The position numbers and the translations under genes were made by a program. Under the pieces are notes generated by a model. It did no database searches. It was given only the letters and a program-made list of their open reading frames with translations, and was not told the origin of the DNA. Below, one piece after another: positions 37,200-38,632 of a stretch of DNA of 38,632 nt (position 1 is its first letter; each line of letters opens with the position of its first letter). This DNA is from Hydrurus foetidus (lineage: Eukaryota): assembly GCA_900617105.1 (NCBI GenBank), contig UYFQ01000101.1:1-38632 (forward strand), in the 5' to 3' direction.

Positions 37200-37410
37200 T
37201 TGTCCTTAACTAATGAAGACTTGATGTATCTAGTTGCGATTTGGTTGTGATAGGGTTGTCGACGTCGACAAAGTTGCGAGAAAAGACTGTAAATCAAGAT
37301 GCGAGCTTGGGTTTAGACTCAATCATTTGCGGGGACATGATATCTTTATGACGCATAGAAAGAGTCTATTTCTTTGGGTTTTCAACTGCATAAAAAGTTT
37401 CCGGGGTCAC

Positions 37411-37889
37411 GACTGGGTGTACTTTGCCCCCGACAGTGACAGTATCAATTGATGCCGCATTTGCTAACCGTGATTTGATGAAATCAACCTCAGGAATGTG
37501 TGTCACATTAGCGGTTGGGATTTATTTCGAGTTCCAAGGTCCAGAAGCTAAATTCCAAGTCGAGTACAGAGCCCGAGATTATCGCAGTATCTGACGGCAT
37601 GAACATTCCGCTCTGGCTTGCAGGATTTATTGCTTACCAAGGACATGGTAAGATTCCAGTTAGGCTGGAACAAGACTATCAATCATGCATCACGCTGCTG
37701 ACAAAAGGTCGGTCTACCGCAGAAACCACCCGGTTCATTGAGGTACGGAAATTCTCGATATCAGACAACATCCGCATTGGTGCCATAAACATTGTCTACG
37801 TTCCAACTTAGGATATGACGTCTGACTACTTCACGAAACCATTACAAGGAACAGTTTTTTCCAAGGTGAAGAAAATTTTTGGAAATTAA
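37411..37889 (+). pseudogene. pol: Copia pol 3' part (RNase H), disrupted
   Basis: GCTLPPTVTVSIDAAFANRDLMKSTSG...SKVQKLNSKSSTEPEIIA...EQDYQS...YVPT*DMTSDYFTKPLQG, the Copia RNase H motif series. Confidence 0.92.
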
Positions 37890-38057
37890 GCACTTCACAT
37901 TATTGACCTACACATTACTGAGTTATTTTTTCAAACTTTTATTAGCAACAAAACTTGTCTGATCACTATAGCTTACCATAGATACAAACATGATTTATGT
38001 TACATTTTCACGGGGAAATACAAATGTACCACCTGAATGCTTATGGCATTAGGGGTG

Positions 38058-38100
38058 TGTTGGATATAGCATAGCCCCTACGGAGACGATCCCCTTGGGG
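38058..38100 (+). repeat. Copia 3' LTR, first 43 bp only (interrupted)
   Basis: tgttggatatagcata..ccctacgg(a/g)gacgatccccttgggg matches the 5' LTR start, then similarity stops abruptly. Confidence 0.88.
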
Positions 38101-38632
38101 TGTGGTCGTACCGGGTATACCGGGCCTACGGGCCGTACCAGACCTCGTCACGATCCACCCGATCCTTCAGCCCACAGTACATATACATCCCTAGCACGAC
38201 TAGCTAGCTAGCTGCAGCCTACTTCCAGAAGTTACCTAGCTTCTAGCATAGTTGTAACCTAAGCACCACCTACTCGTCTACCCGTCTTCTTCTCCATCAG
38301 GACTACAATAGCGCTATTCGTATAACCTTTCTTCTACTATCTCTCAGTCCATCTACTTGTCCAAAACTTTTAGATAAGACTTCTTGAGCTATCGCTCGTC
38401 TGCCATAGGCCGACTTCTCTTGCAGCTTTAAGCCCAGAGAAACGTAGTTTAAGTTAGAGAAAGTCAGCATACCTGCTTTCTTGGAATCCCTAAGCTTGGG
38501 CTCTTCCATTCTTTAAGTTTTCGGTCGAAGTCGAAAGAACCTTCCCGAGATTAATCAGAGATCTGCTCTGACGGTAGATTGAATCACGGATTCATCACCG
38601 CAGACATAAGATTGGTCAAGAGACCTCTTTTT
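38101..38632 (+). mobile_element. Second LTR retroelement inserted in the Copia 3' LTR; putative LTR 38101-38307, element runs off the window
   Basis: Begins TGTGGTC exactly where Copia LTR similarity stops, with a near-inverted GACTACA at 38301-38307. The rest of the Copia LTR does not resume afterwards. Orientation is inferred. Confidence 0.65.

Larger units (their letters stand above)
34927..37410 (+). mobile_element. PIF/Harbinger-superfamily (PHIS-like) DNA transposon, ~2.48 kb, nested in Copia pol
   Basis: TIRs gtgaccccgtaaa (34927-34939) and tttccggggtcac (37398-37410), matching 12/13. Contains a DDE_Tnp_4-type transposase plus a convergent Myb-like ORF. Copia pol sequence resumes immediately after 37410. 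Confidence 0.9.
30122..38100 (+). mobile_element. Ty1/Copia LTR retrotransposon, decayed, with nested insertions
   Basis: Shared LTR start TGTTGGATATAGCATA at 30122 and 38058. Domain order gag(CCHC)-PR-IN-RT-RNaseH. PPT-like attaggggtg before the 3' LTR. Multiple frameshifts and stops. Confidence 0.95.

Overview
Intron-rich eukaryotic genomic DNA, most likely a stramenopile/ochrophyte alga or similar protist (taxon is inference only). From left to right: (1) an ~8.67 kb purine-free (TCTTCC)n array running off the left edge; (2) the array joins directly to the pol region and 3' LTR of a decayed chromodomain-bearing Ty3/Gypsy retrotransposon, with no gag or 5' LTR visible; (3) five compact host genes whose exons I reconstructed by hand with consistent splice phases: SLY1/SCFD1 (20 exons), PPCDC/HAL3, a papain-family cysteine protease, an uncharacterised Tudor-like-domain protein, and a Ubc12-like E2 lacking its catalytic Cys; (4) a decayed Ty1/Copia element carrying two nested insertions. 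One is a 2.5 kb PIF/Harbinger-like DNA transposon with an intact DDE transposase, a convergent Myb-like ORF2, short TIRs and no canonical TSD. The other is a different LTR element inserted 43 bp into the Copia 3' LTR. The most interesting points are the origin of the giant hexamer array (expanded gag poly-Ser tract, non-canonical telomere or base-calling artefact), a candidate intron that would join its Ser frame to Gypsy pol, the atypical Harbinger-like element, and the pseudo-E2.
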